From Candidatus Microgenomatus sp. (GTDB lineage Bacteria > Patescibacteriota > Microgenomatia > UBA8517): DNA of 53,850 bases. The notes below the pieces were generated by a model. The model was given only the letters and a program-made list of their open reading frames with translations. It was not told the DNA's origin and searched no databases. Shown here in pieces: positions 42,714 through 51,445 of the stretch. The position numbers were made by a program, and so were the translations under genes. The stretch's first letter is position 1; every line of letters begins with the position of its first letter. Location of the stretch: the NCBI GenBank assembly GCA_020724555.1, contig DYGT01000001.1, forward strand, positions 1 through 53,850, read 5' to 3'.

Positions 42714-44668
42714 GAAACTAATTCCTCCAGTTTTTTTTGATAACTAAGCAAAGTAACGACAAACTCAGCATGGCTCCAAGCCAGGGGACTTGCCGACAAT
42801 TGAGTGCCAGTTACAGGATCGAATTGCTCAGATAAAATTCCCGAATGGGTAGCGCGCTCAACTACCCAGTCAAGGATATCCTCTGCTGGTTTTAAATCCT
42901 TTTTTTCTTTGGCTTTTTTTATAAGATACTGTGCTTTCCACAAAGTGGTTATCGCCCATGGATTACCAACGATATCATGGTTTTTAAAATAAATATCACC
43001 TTCAAAACGCGCGATGCCACCTATCCCACTGACCTCAAGTTTTTCAGTCATAACCTCATAGGCTTTTTGAATTTCCGGATCATCTATACTGTAAATGCCG
43101 AAGGTGTGCATACCGTAAAAACTACTGGCATCCACAGTTTCATCGTGCATTGCTTCCCCTTTGACAAAATCCAAATATTTATAAAAATATGAAATTTCTT
43201 GATTAAATAACCACTTTTTGCAGGCCTCCTTCACCTCAGTGGATGCTTGGCGGTAAAGCCCTGCGTCTTTTTCTTTACCAAGAAGCTGGGCGAATTCTGA
43301 GGCTACCCCCAAAGCGTGCGCAACCGCCGCCGCCGTATAACTGTGAATCCCGTATTTCATTTCCCAAATGTCATAGCTAGGAAACGGCAAATGGTTTTCT
43401 CCTCTAAAACCCATCATAAAATTGGCGGTTTTTTTGATTAAGGAATTGTAGATCGATTCGATAAACTCCAGATCTTTTACCACCTGGTAGTGATTCCATA
43501 GAGCAATTAATACCAATGCGGTTTCATCCTCTTGGATGGGCAACTGTTGGCGCCCGTTTCGGATCCATGGGTGCCAGCTACTCCCCAAAGAACCATCCGG
43601 GCGATATTTATGGAAAAAGAACCCCTCCTCGCTTACCACTTGGTTGCAATACTCAAAAAAGTGTTTGGTTGATTCCGGGTACCCTGCTTTGTCCAGGGCA
43701 ATTGCTATATAAGCTCCGTCTCTAGGCCAAACATAAGAATAATTATCCCGCCCGTACTGAAGCATTTGACTATCACCGGAGGCAATGATTCCTCCCGGCT
43801 TGTCTATATGTGCCCTAAGAATAAATAAGGATGTTTCAAATAGCTCAGCAAATTTTGGTTTTAATTTTAAATTCCGGTCGTATTTATTAATCCATGCGTT
43901 CCAATAATCGGTTGTCGTTTCAATCATATGCTCGCATGATTTTTCCAAGACCAATTTATGTAAATTTTTAGCTACTTTTAAACTTTTGGCAAATGTCACC
44001 CAAACAAAAAACTCGGCGTGCGATTGAGCGTCAAGTACTTTTTCAAAACCAATTGTCGAGTCTACCGACCCGTGTTCTATGGGGTTTTTACTAAGAACCC
44101 CATCTTCCGCATCCAACCACGTTCCTACTTTTCCTTCAATTCCACACAAGCCAACGGTATAATCGTCAAATGGCCGACCTTCAGTCTCACCTCCTGAAAT
44201 TATTGCCACGCGTCGGCCTTTGTAATGGACCAAAGTGTTGTCTTGCGGGTCGAAATATACGGTGTCTTTTTTTTGCGATCCATACATCTGAAACTGATGG
44301 CTAAAAAATAATTTCAAGCGGCGGGCTTTCTTTGCGTGATTTTTAACAGTAACGCGGCGAATAAAAATATTTTTTTCATTGTACAAAACGTCTTCAAAAT
44401 GAAGCTCCAACGCCAAGTTATCATTTATCGCCGTAGTGCTACCAACTAAAGTCTGCGGCCGATAACGCACAACAATCTGCCAGCTCGGATCATCAAGCCA
44501 AGTAATCATTCCCCCACTATCATTTTCCAGCCAAACACCTACTCTGTTTTTGGCGTCTTCCGCCATCTGGTTTTCCAAACCGACGTGGGGAAAATAAAAA
44601 TCACACACCTGCCCCCGGTCATCAAGACCTACAAAACTAGTGCCATTGGCAAGGATAACCGGACGCAT
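42710..44668 (-). CDS. Glycoside hydrolase family 15 (glucoamylase/glucodextranase-like)
   Basis: 652 aa with YSYVWPRDGAYIAIAL and an (alpha/alpha)6-type C-terminal domain pattern. Confidence 0.75.
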   Translation of the reverse strand: MRPVILANGTSFVGLDDRGQVCDFYFPHVGLENQMAEDAKNRVGVWLENDSGGMITWLDDPSWQIVVRYRPQTLVGSTTAINDNLALELHFEDVLYNEKNIFIRRVTVKNHAKKARRLKLFFSHQFQMYGSQKKDTVYFDPQDNTLVHYKGRRVAIISGGETEGRPFDDYTVGLCGIEGKVGTWLDAEDGVLSKNPIEHGSVDSTIGFEKVLDAQSHAEFFVWVTFAKSLKVAKNLHKLVLEKSCEHMIETTTDYWNAWINKYDRNLKLKPKFAELFETSLFILRAHIDKPGGIIASGDSQMLQYGRDNYSYVWPRDGAYIAIALDKAGYPESTKHFFEYCNQVVSEEGFFFHKYRPDGSLGSSWHPWIRNGRQQLPIQEDETALVLIALWNHYQVVKDLEFIESIYNSLIKKTANFMMGFRGENHLPFPSYDIWEMKYGIHSYTAAAVAHALGVASEFAQLLGKEKDAGLYRQASTEVKEACKKWLFNQEISYFYKYLDFVKGEAMHDETVDASSFYGMHTFGIYSIDDPEIQKAYEVMTEKLEVSGIGGIARFEGDIYFKNHDIVGNPWAITTLWKAQYLIKKAKEKKDLKPAEDILDWVVERATHSGILSEQFDPVTGTQLSASPLAWSHAEFVVTLLSYQKKLEELVS

Positions 44669-44669
44669 T

Positions 44670-45848
44670 TTATTTTTTAAGTTTTAAATTAATGTCAGAT
44701 AATACATTCATAAAATAACGGAAAGCGTCGTACGGAGAATCGTAGGGGTTAAAATATTTATGCACGTCCCCATCGGCAAACCATTTGGTACACATATAAT
44801 AAAAATGGTCCGAAGTGGTCAAATTTCGCCAAGCTTGTATCAAATCCTCATCGTTTGCGGAAAGTACATCATCGCGCAAGGAGTAAAGCTTATTCATAGC
44901 ATCCCTCTGCATGGCATTTGACAACCAAGCCGAAAGGTCGCGCTCGGTGTCTGCCCAAGAAATATAATTGGGGACATCAAGGCTACCTTTGGGAGTATAA
45001 CGTTCAATTGCTTCACTGGGAGTAACAAAATCGTTGTCCGGGTGCTTTAATATTTCTTCCGGAAGCTTATCCATAAATTTAAATATGCCACTATCTTCCC
45101 ATTGGTGTTCACCAAAAGTTTCATAGTCCATAAAAAGATTCACAATTTCGCCGCCACCGTTAATTTGGTTTACCCAATTGGCAAATTTTTCAGCGGTTAA
45201 CGGGTAATCGTTCCAGCTTTTTTCAGAAAAACGAAAAGCAATATCATCCGACAACCGGTAATTTTTCAAAAGTAGCCGGATCTTGCCGCCCGGTGGTGTG
45301 TATAAAAAGGCCGGGCTTCGCCAACCCAAAACATGGTCTGCCCCTTCTGCCAATACGCCTTTGTAACCCAACCTTTCAAGGTGGATGGCCAAATCGTTGT
45401 TATAAATAAGCTCAGTATTGCGAAATACTTTTGGCGTTTGTCCAAAGATACTTTCCACCTTTTTTTTGTGGAGTGCCACCTGTTCATCAAATTCTTGTTT
45501 TGATCCCAAAAACGAAAGCGAATGGTAATAAGTTTCAGATAAAATCTCAACCCTGCCGGTGTCAATGAGGGCAACAAAAGATTCCAAAACGCGAGGAGCG
45601 TATTTTTCAAACTGTTCAAGCACAACCCCTGAAAATGAATAAGCTACTTTAAGCTCCGGGTGCCGGTGCAGCAGCTCAAGCATCAAAGCGTTTGTAGGCA
45701 AGTAAGCTTTGGATGAAACTTTATTTAAAGTCTGGGCGTTTATTCCTTCGTCGTCAAAATAATCAATTTTTTTCCCGATATCGCTATAGCGGAATTTTTT
45801 TATCCGCCTGGGCTGGTGAACCTGAAAGTAAAAGCAAATTGAACTCAT
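44670..45848 (-). CDS. Glycoside hydrolase family 57 (alpha-amylase/branching-enzyme-like)
   Basis: The start is taken at ATG 45848 (MSSICFYFQVHQPRRIKKF, the GH57 N-terminal HQP motif). The supplied longer ORF would overlap the upstream gene by 149 nt. Confidence 0.75.
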   Translation of the reverse strand: MSSICFYFQVHQPRRIKKFRYSDIGKKIDYFDDEGINAQTLNKVSSKAYLPTNALMLELLHRHPELKVAYSFSGVVLEQFEKYAPRVLESFVALIDTGRVEILSETYYHSLSFLGSKQEFDEQVALHKKKVESIFGQTPKVFRNTELIYNNDLAIHLERLGYKGVLAEGADHVLGWRSPAFLYTPPGGKIRLLLKNYRLSDDIAFRFSEKSWNDYPLTAEKFANWVNQINGGGEIVNLFMDYETFGEHQWEDSGIFKFMDKLPEEILKHPDNDFVTPSEAIERYTPKGSLDVPNYISWADTERDLSAWLSNAMQRDAMNKLYSLRDDVLSANDEDLIQAWRNLTTSDHFYYMCTKWFADGDVHKYFNPYDSPYDAFRYFMNVLSDINLKLKK

Positions 45849-45861
45849 ATAATCTTTTGAA

Positions 45862-47061
45862 TCAAAGTTGGGAATAAATCCGTATACACTTTTCGGCTGC
45901 CGCTTCCCAGCTGGCAAGCATTGCTTCGTGGTGTCCGTTTTTTGCCAATTCGCGGCGCATACTGGGGTAGGTAATAACAGATAAAATCTTATCGGCCATA
46001 TCTTCCACATCCCAAAAATCTGTTTTTAAAGCATGGTGCAAAACCTCAGACACACCCGATTGTTTGGAAATTAATACCGGAGTATCGTGGAGCAAAGACT
46101 CCAAAGGGGTAAGACCAAAAGGTTCAGACACCGATGGCATCACAAATAAATCTGCGGCTTCAAATACTTCAGACAGTTCACGTCCGCGCAAAAACCCGGT
46201 AAAGATTACTTTGTCAGATATGCCAAATTCACTGGCCTGCTCCATCAGCCTTCCCTCCATATCTCCGGATCCTGCTACAACAAACAGGGTTTTGGGGTGG
46301 TGCTTCAGCACAATATTGGCTGCATTTATAAAGTAATCCGGACCTTTCATGATGGTTATGCGCCCCACAAACAAAACTATTTTATAGCCCTTCTTTTTAT
46401 AAGCCTTAAGGCCTGCGGGAATTGAAGCGTCTAGTTGGTAACACGTAGCATCAATGCCGTTATATACAACGTCAATTTTACTGTCTGAAAGACCATAATT
46501 TTGTATAAGCGTATTTTTGGTAAACTGGCTAACCGCTATTACCTTGTCAGCGCCATTTGTCCCTTCATATTCTTTTTTATAAATCAATTCATTGGGATGC
46601 CCCGCGGTCCTGTCTACTTCGGTGGCGTGGACGTGCGAAACTAAAGGCGACTTAATTGTTTTTTGTGCCGCAAGACCCGCTCCAAAACTCAACCAGTCAT
46701 GGGCGTGGATCACATCTCCGCGTATTTTTCTGGCAATCTTGGCGGCTGCCAATCCATATCTTTCTACTTCAGAAAATAGATCATTTGCATACACCCGGCT
46801 TTTTTGTTTTTTTCTTATCACTTTATACGTTTCTTCAGTCATATAAGGCATAAGAAAGCTATTTACTGCATAGACTTTGATGTTTGGCAAACTGGCAAAA
46901 ATCATCTTAAAATTTTCAGCGCCGAAATCTGCTTTTTTGGGCAGTACAAATGTCAAATCCACTCCTTTATCCACAAGCGCACGGGCGAGACCCTGACAGG
47001 CCACGCCCAATCCGCCGCTATTGTGAGGTGGATATTCCCACCCAAACATCAATACTTTCAT
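45862..47061 (-). CDS. Glycogen/starch synthase-like GT-B glycosyltransferase
   Basis: Sequence MKVLMFGWEYPPHNSGGLGVACQGLARAL, with a C-terminal ...VMPSVSEPFGLTPLESL motif (E-x7-E type). Confidence 0.7.
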   Translation of the reverse strand: MKVLMFGWEYPPHNSGGLGVACQGLARALVDKGVDLTFVLPKKADFGAENFKMIFASLPNIKVYAVNSFLMPYMTEETYKVIRKKQKSRVYANDLFSEVERYGLAAAKIARKIRGDVIHAHDWLSFGAGLAAQKTIKSPLVSHVHATEVDRTAGHPNELIYKKEYEGTNGADKVIAVSQFTKNTLIQNYGLSDSKIDVVYNGIDATCYQLDASIPAGLKAYKKKGYKIVLFVGRITIMKGPDYFINAANIVLKHHPKTLFVVAGSGDMEGRLMEQASEFGISDKVIFTGFLRGRELSEVFEAADLFVMPSVSEPFGLTPLESLLHDTPVLISKQSGVSEVLHHALKTDFWDVEDMADKILSVITYPSMRRELAKNGHHEAMLASWEAAAEKCIRIYSQL

Positions 47062-47147
47062 TACTAAACGATAAACTTTCCTGAGCTTGCGCCCATAATT
47101 TTTGTCATGTTCACTATCACTTTGTTAATGGCCTATATCTCCACGGC

Positions 47148-47684
47148 TTACACGATAAACGCAAACAAAACGACAAGTAAACAAACAATAAGCCACAAAA
47201 GCACTTCCTGATTTTTTTCCAACTTAAGCGAAGACTTTTGTCTCCAGCGTGAAAGGTTTCCAATTTCCTGAAAATCCACAAACTGATCAAACAAAAGATG
47301 AAGCATGATTCCCAAAACCACTCCCCTTCCAAACAAAGACCCGGATGAGGAGACAACCAAAAACATCAAAACGATTGCCACTAATTCAAAAATAAGAGAG
47401 TGGAAAATACAATAGGTACGCTCGTGTTTAGTGCGCGCCAAAAGGTCCATGGCACTACCCCATCTTTTATTTTTAAACAAATAAGCGGCACGCTGAGATG
47501 TAAGCTCGGAAGGGCGCAAAAATATAAAGTAAAGGAAGTGGTCCAAATCCGGCAAAAGTACGCCTAAAATTCCACCGAGCCAAAAAGTAAGATAAATAAA
47601 ATCGTCATACCAGCCACGAAATAAACTAATCATGAAGAAAAATATTAATAAAGAACCAAAATGGACAGTGAATTCTTTTTTCAT
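47148..47684 (-). CDS. Membrane protein, possibly a YdjM/DUF457-like metal-dependent hydrolase
   Basis: 4-5 TM helices, with the LLPDLDH motif at the end of a helix. The start may be ATG 47684 or 47711. Confidence 0.45.
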   Translation of the reverse strand: MKKEFTVHFGSLLIFFFMISLFRGWYDDFIYLTFWLGGILGVLLPDLDHFLYFIFLRPSELTSQRAAYLFKNKRWGSAMDLLARTKHERTYCIFHSLIFELVAIVLMFLVVSSSGSLFGRGVVLGIMLHLLFDQFVDFQEIGNLSRWRQKSSLKLEKNQEVLLWLIVCLLVVLFAFIV

Positions 47685-47749
47685 TAGTACCTCACTTAAA
47701 CCATTGTGCATCCTTTTGGGCTTAAGTTCAAGCCATAACTTCTAGAGCC

Positions 47750-48034
47750 CTAACTCTTAGTCGCATTTAGTTGCTTTAATTTCCACATAAACAGGGCGGC
47801 TTTGTTGCGGGCCGAATCTGCATCTTTTACAAAACGGCGGGCAGACTCCAGTTTGCCTCTGGGTGTAGTTTTGGCAAGCTTTATATAAAGGGATTTATGC
47901 TCCAAATCTCCAAGTTCAACAGCCAAATCATAACCATATTTTTGGAATTCACGACTGATATACTTATCTTCCTCTATTTCAAACCGGTCTAAAATATCAC
48001 TCAAACTGGAAAAGCCCTGTTTTTTACTGTTCAT
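47750..48034 (-). CDS. Hypothetical small protein
   Basis: 94-aa ORF. It overlaps the pth stop by 11 nt, suggesting an operon. No motif recognised. Confidence 0.4.
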   Translation of the reverse strand: MNSKKQGFSSLSDILDRFEIEEDKYISREFQKYGYDLAVELGDLEHKSLYIKLAKTTPRGKLESARRFVKDADSARNKAALFMWKLKQLNATKS

Positions 48035-48569
48035 TTAAATTTATTATATAGTTGCCGAGAAGCTCCAGCGTTGCCTTTCTTATAGTTTGCCTAAGCATAT
48101 CTAATTCTTCCGCTGGCAATAAACCTAGTACATAGGCTTCCCCAGGGATATCGCGCGCGCCTTTTCTGTTGTCAATTCCCAGGCGAATCCTCCAAAACCC
48201 GGCATTCCCCAAATTTTCTACGATAGAATTTAGGCCATTATGATCTTTTGGCCCAATGGTTTTTTGAATTTTATATTCACCCAAATTTATATCCAAATCA
48301 TCATGTGCAACAAAAATCTGCTCTGGCGTAACTTTAAAATGCCGGGACAGCCGAGCTATCACCCTCCCCGATCTGTTCATAAAGCTCAAAGGCTTAACGA
48401 CCAAAAGTTCTCCTTTTTTATACAATTCGGTATTGAATTTTTCCGATTTAACAAACGAAGCTCCCGGCAAGATATTTTGCAAAAAATAATCCGCAAATAA
48501 AAACCCGGCATTATGACGGGTGTCAACATAGCGGTCTCCCGGGTTACCTAGACCCACAACCATTTGCAT
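48024..48569 (-). CDS. pth: Peptidyl-tRNA hydrolase
   Basis: Shows VVGLGNPGDRYVDTRHNAGF, with the catalytic His context typical of Pth. Confidence 0.9.
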   Translation of the reverse strand: MQMVVGLGNPGDRYVDTRHNAGFLFADYFLQNILPGASFVKSEKFNTELYKKGELLVVKPLSFMNRSGRVIARLSRHFKVTPEQIFVAHDDLDINLGEYKIQKTIGPKDHNGLNSIVENLGNAGFWRIRLGIDNRKGARDIPGEAYVLGLLPAEELDMLRQTIRKATLELLGNYIINLNEQ

Positions 48570-48586
48570 ACCCTAGTATAACGTCT

Positions 48587-48919
48587 TTATAAAAACTTGC
48601 GAGCGTATTTTCCCAGTACGGGCAATTCCCACTCAACCCCTTGCGACGCTTGATAAATAAGCACAAGCCACAAGACAAACTCAGCAAGCATTAAAAACGG
48701 AACAATAAAATTTATTACTGGGATAATACCCAAAACCGTATTTACTACAAACACGGCTATGGAAAAAACTATTGATTGCATAGCGTGAAAACGAACAAAA
48801 GGATTACGTTCCATTAGCAAAAAAATTACACCGGTCACAATTAACAATACATACGACAATGCTGCCGCGGTTTCTTTTTTTAATCCAATGGGCGAAGATT
48901 GTGCTGCCAAATTAATCAC
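48587..48919 (-). CDS. Small integral membrane protein (DUF4870-like)
   Basis: 110 aa with three TM helices and an FHAMQS motif. Confidence 0.45.
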   Translation of the reverse strand: MINLAAQSSPIGLKKETAAALSYVLLIVTGVIFLLMERNPFVRFHAMQSIVFSIAVFVVNTVLGIIPVINFIVPFLMLAEFVLWLVLIYQASQGVEWELPVLGKYARKFL

Positions 48920-50306
48920 CTCCTTTGTGTTTTATTTCAATGAAATATTTTCTCCCATCTGATTTAATTTTAACTTTTATTTTTCGCTCCCCAACACCGC
49001 TTTTATAATCACTTAACGCTTTTGCTAAATCTCCATCTCCTGTTTCGGCGATTTTTCTGAGGGTATTTGCCCTAGCCAACTGTCTGCTATAAATATTTAC
49101 TAAATCTTGTGCTTCCGGCGTGATGCTCATTATTTCCCTGAACGCACGATATAAAAGATTAAAATTTTCCAAAATATCCCAAAAATCATCTTCTAGTACA
49201 CCCTCCGATCTTCTATCAAGTCGACCGCTAGCTTTATTAAGCTCGTTATATAACTTTTGTGGCTTATTTTTATACTTTTCTACTTTCTTTATAACCAAAT
49301 CATCTAAATTCCACTTATTGCGATGTTCGTCATACCACCCATAAAGTTTGTGTTCCCAGTTACGATACAACTTCTCAGCAATTTTGAATCGGTCAACGTT
49401 CGGTTTTTTGTCCTTACTTACATTGTCCATAAAATTCTCAGCTTCGTTTTGCAACAATTTATTGGCGCGCATAAATTGAGTCATGCGCCAACCAAGTACA
49501 AAACTTCCTCTGGGAAGATTATTTTGAATGTTTAAAAAAAGCTCTTGCCTTTGGGCCTGCATTCTTCTTAAACTCTTTTGATATTCATCGATATTAGCAA
49601 TATCAAAATTTTTAGGTTTTTTGAGCGCATCCGTAATTTTTTCAGCTTCTTTTCTAATTTCTTCAAGCAAAAATTCCTGCCTTTCGGTTCTTGTTAATTC
49701 TTCATCCTTAAGCTCTGTTTCTGTGGGCGGACGCAACGCCTCGATGGGTGGTGGAACAAAGGGCGGTTCGATAATTTCTGGCATAAGAACTTGCGGGTAA
49801 ATTGAGCCGGGAGATAAAACCGGACGTTGTATGGCTTCAAATTCTGGCGCTGAGGAAGGCATTGATATATCGTCATTTTTGCCGTCTTCGTGTTTTTGCG
49901 TATCGCTAGGAGCTGGGAGAGGATCATGATAACTACTTATTTTTCCTTCTTTTTCTGTAAGTTTTTGCTCAAAATCGGATAGTTTATCTTCCAGAGCCGC
50001 TAACATTTTGGGGTTTTCTTCTTTCAATGAATCTAAAAACACAGAATAATTCTCACGAACTTGTCGGTATTCTTCCTCATCTTTAGCTTCATCATCAATT
50101 AAATCCATAAATTTCACTCCCTCTTTTCCGCTTAGTCGAATTAAATAATTTAAATCCCCAAATGCTTCATGAATCTCCACGGCTTGCCCTTTTTCTTTTA
50201 AAGCAAAAAAACGCTGATATGCGTTTTCGTATCTGGTAATAAAATCCGCCGCTTGCGGTGCTTTTGGTGGATTTACTATTGTATCTGGTCCCATTTGGTT
50301 AATCAT
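48912..50306 (-). CDS. Hypothetical protein, charged and coiled-coil rich
   Basis: 464-aa ORF that overlaps the downstream gene by 8 nt. No motif recognised. Confidence 0.45.
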   Translation of the reverse strand: MINQMGPDTIVNPPKAPQAADFITRYENAYQRFFALKEKGQAVEIHEAFGDLNYLIRLSGKEGVKFMDLIDDEAKDEEEYRQVRENYSVFLDSLKEENPKMLAALEDKLSDFEQKLTEKEGKISSYHDPLPAPSDTQKHEDGKNDDISMPSSAPEFEAIQRPVLSPGSIYPQVLMPEIIEPPFVPPPIEALRPPTETELKDEELTRTERQEFLLEEIRKEAEKITDALKKPKNFDIANIDEYQKSLRRMQAQRQELFLNIQNNLPRGSFVLGWRMTQFMRANKLLQNEAENFMDNVSKDKKPNVDRFKIAEKLYRNWEHKLYGWYDEHRNKWNLDDLVIKKVEKYKNKPQKLYNELNKASGRLDRRSEGVLEDDFWDILENFNLLYRAFREIMSITPEAQDLVNIYSRQLARANTLRKIAETGDGDLAKALSDYKSGVGERKIKVKIKSDGRKYFIEIKHKGGD

Positions 50307-50339
50307 TTCAAATCATGCCTATTAGGTCAATTGTAGCTT

Positions 50340-51314
50340 TTAGAAAAACAGCTCCAGAGCCACAAAAACAAAATATAAAATAACGAGTAAAAAACCTTCC
50401 CAGCGCTCGAGTGAATGCTTGCTTCTGATAAAAAACCAAAAAACGCTAAAACAAACCAAAAAAGAAAGAGTGGCAATGGCGTATTCCGCTTTGGCAGCCA
50501 CATAAATGGGTGAAATTAAGGAAACCGTTCCAATAATTAAAGTTGAGTTTAAGATGATTGAGCCTAAAATATTCCCAAAAAACATACTTGGAGTATGATC
50601 TTCTAGGGATCGCAGGGAGAAAGCAATCTCAGGGAGGCTTGTCCCTACAGCTAAAATTATAAGTCCAATAACCAAAACCGGCAGATTAATAGCTAATGCC
50701 AAAACTTCGGAAATTCGCACAATCATGTCCGCGGAAAACAAAAGAAGGGCGATTCCTATAAATAAACGCATATAAACTCTGGTTTCTTTTCCGTCAATAT
50801 GGGTTAATTTATAAAAAAATTTATAAACTACGTCGCGGTCTGGTTCATCTTTGACTATCTGGGCAAAACGTTTTCTAAAAAGCCCGCTTGCATATACGCC
50901 GTATATTGCCAGAAGTATCAATCCGTCTACCCTGGTCAAATTTCCATCCAAAATAAATATTGCGGGCATAATACCGGCTATCAGAGCAATCAAAACATCG
51001 TGTTTTAAAAATGATCCATGAACTACTGCTTTTCCAGCAACCAAGGTAGTAATTCCCGCCACTAAAGATATATTGGCAATATTTGATCCGATAACCACCC
51101 CTAAAGACAAATTTGCTACCCCCTCTAAGGCAGAGGTCACACCCACAAACAGCTCGGGCAGGCTTGTGCTCAACGCCAACAAAACCGCCGAAAGGGCAAA
51201 GACGCCTGTTTTTGTTTTTTGGCTAATTTTTTTTAGGGCCAAAATTACAATATCAGCCGCCTTTATGATAACAAAACAAAAAACAACCAAAAGAATAATG
51301 TAAATCAGGGTCAT
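50340..51314 (-). CDS. Ca2+/Na+ antiporter, CaCA family (YrbG-like)
   Basis: Two alpha-repeat motifs, ALSTSLPELFV..GSNIANISLV and AVGTSLPEIAF..GNILGS, with about 10 TM helices. Confidence 0.8.
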   Translation of the reverse strand: MTLIYIILLVVFCFVIIKAADIVILALKKISQKTKTGVFALSAVLLALSTSLPELFVGVTSALEGVANLSLGVVIGSNIANISLVAGITTLVAGKAVVHGSFLKHDVLIALIAGIMPAIFILDGNLTRVDGLILLAIYGVYASGLFRKRFAQIVKDEPDRDVVYKFFYKLTHIDGKETRVYMRLFIGIALLLFSADMIVRISEVLALAINLPVLVIGLIILAVGTSLPEIAFSLRSLEDHTPSMFFGNILGSIILNSTLIIGTVSLISPIYVAAKAEYAIATLSFLVCFSVFWFFIRSKHSLERWEGFLLVILYFVFVALELFF

Positions 51315-51445
51315 ATTTATATTCTACAGATAAAAAGCAATTAACGAAAATGTGTTATATCCAAGATACTCCAATTTACAATTTTAGAAATAGTATTTTG
51401 GGTTCAAAATCTCTTCCGAGAATTGCAAATTCGAGTAAGAGGAGT

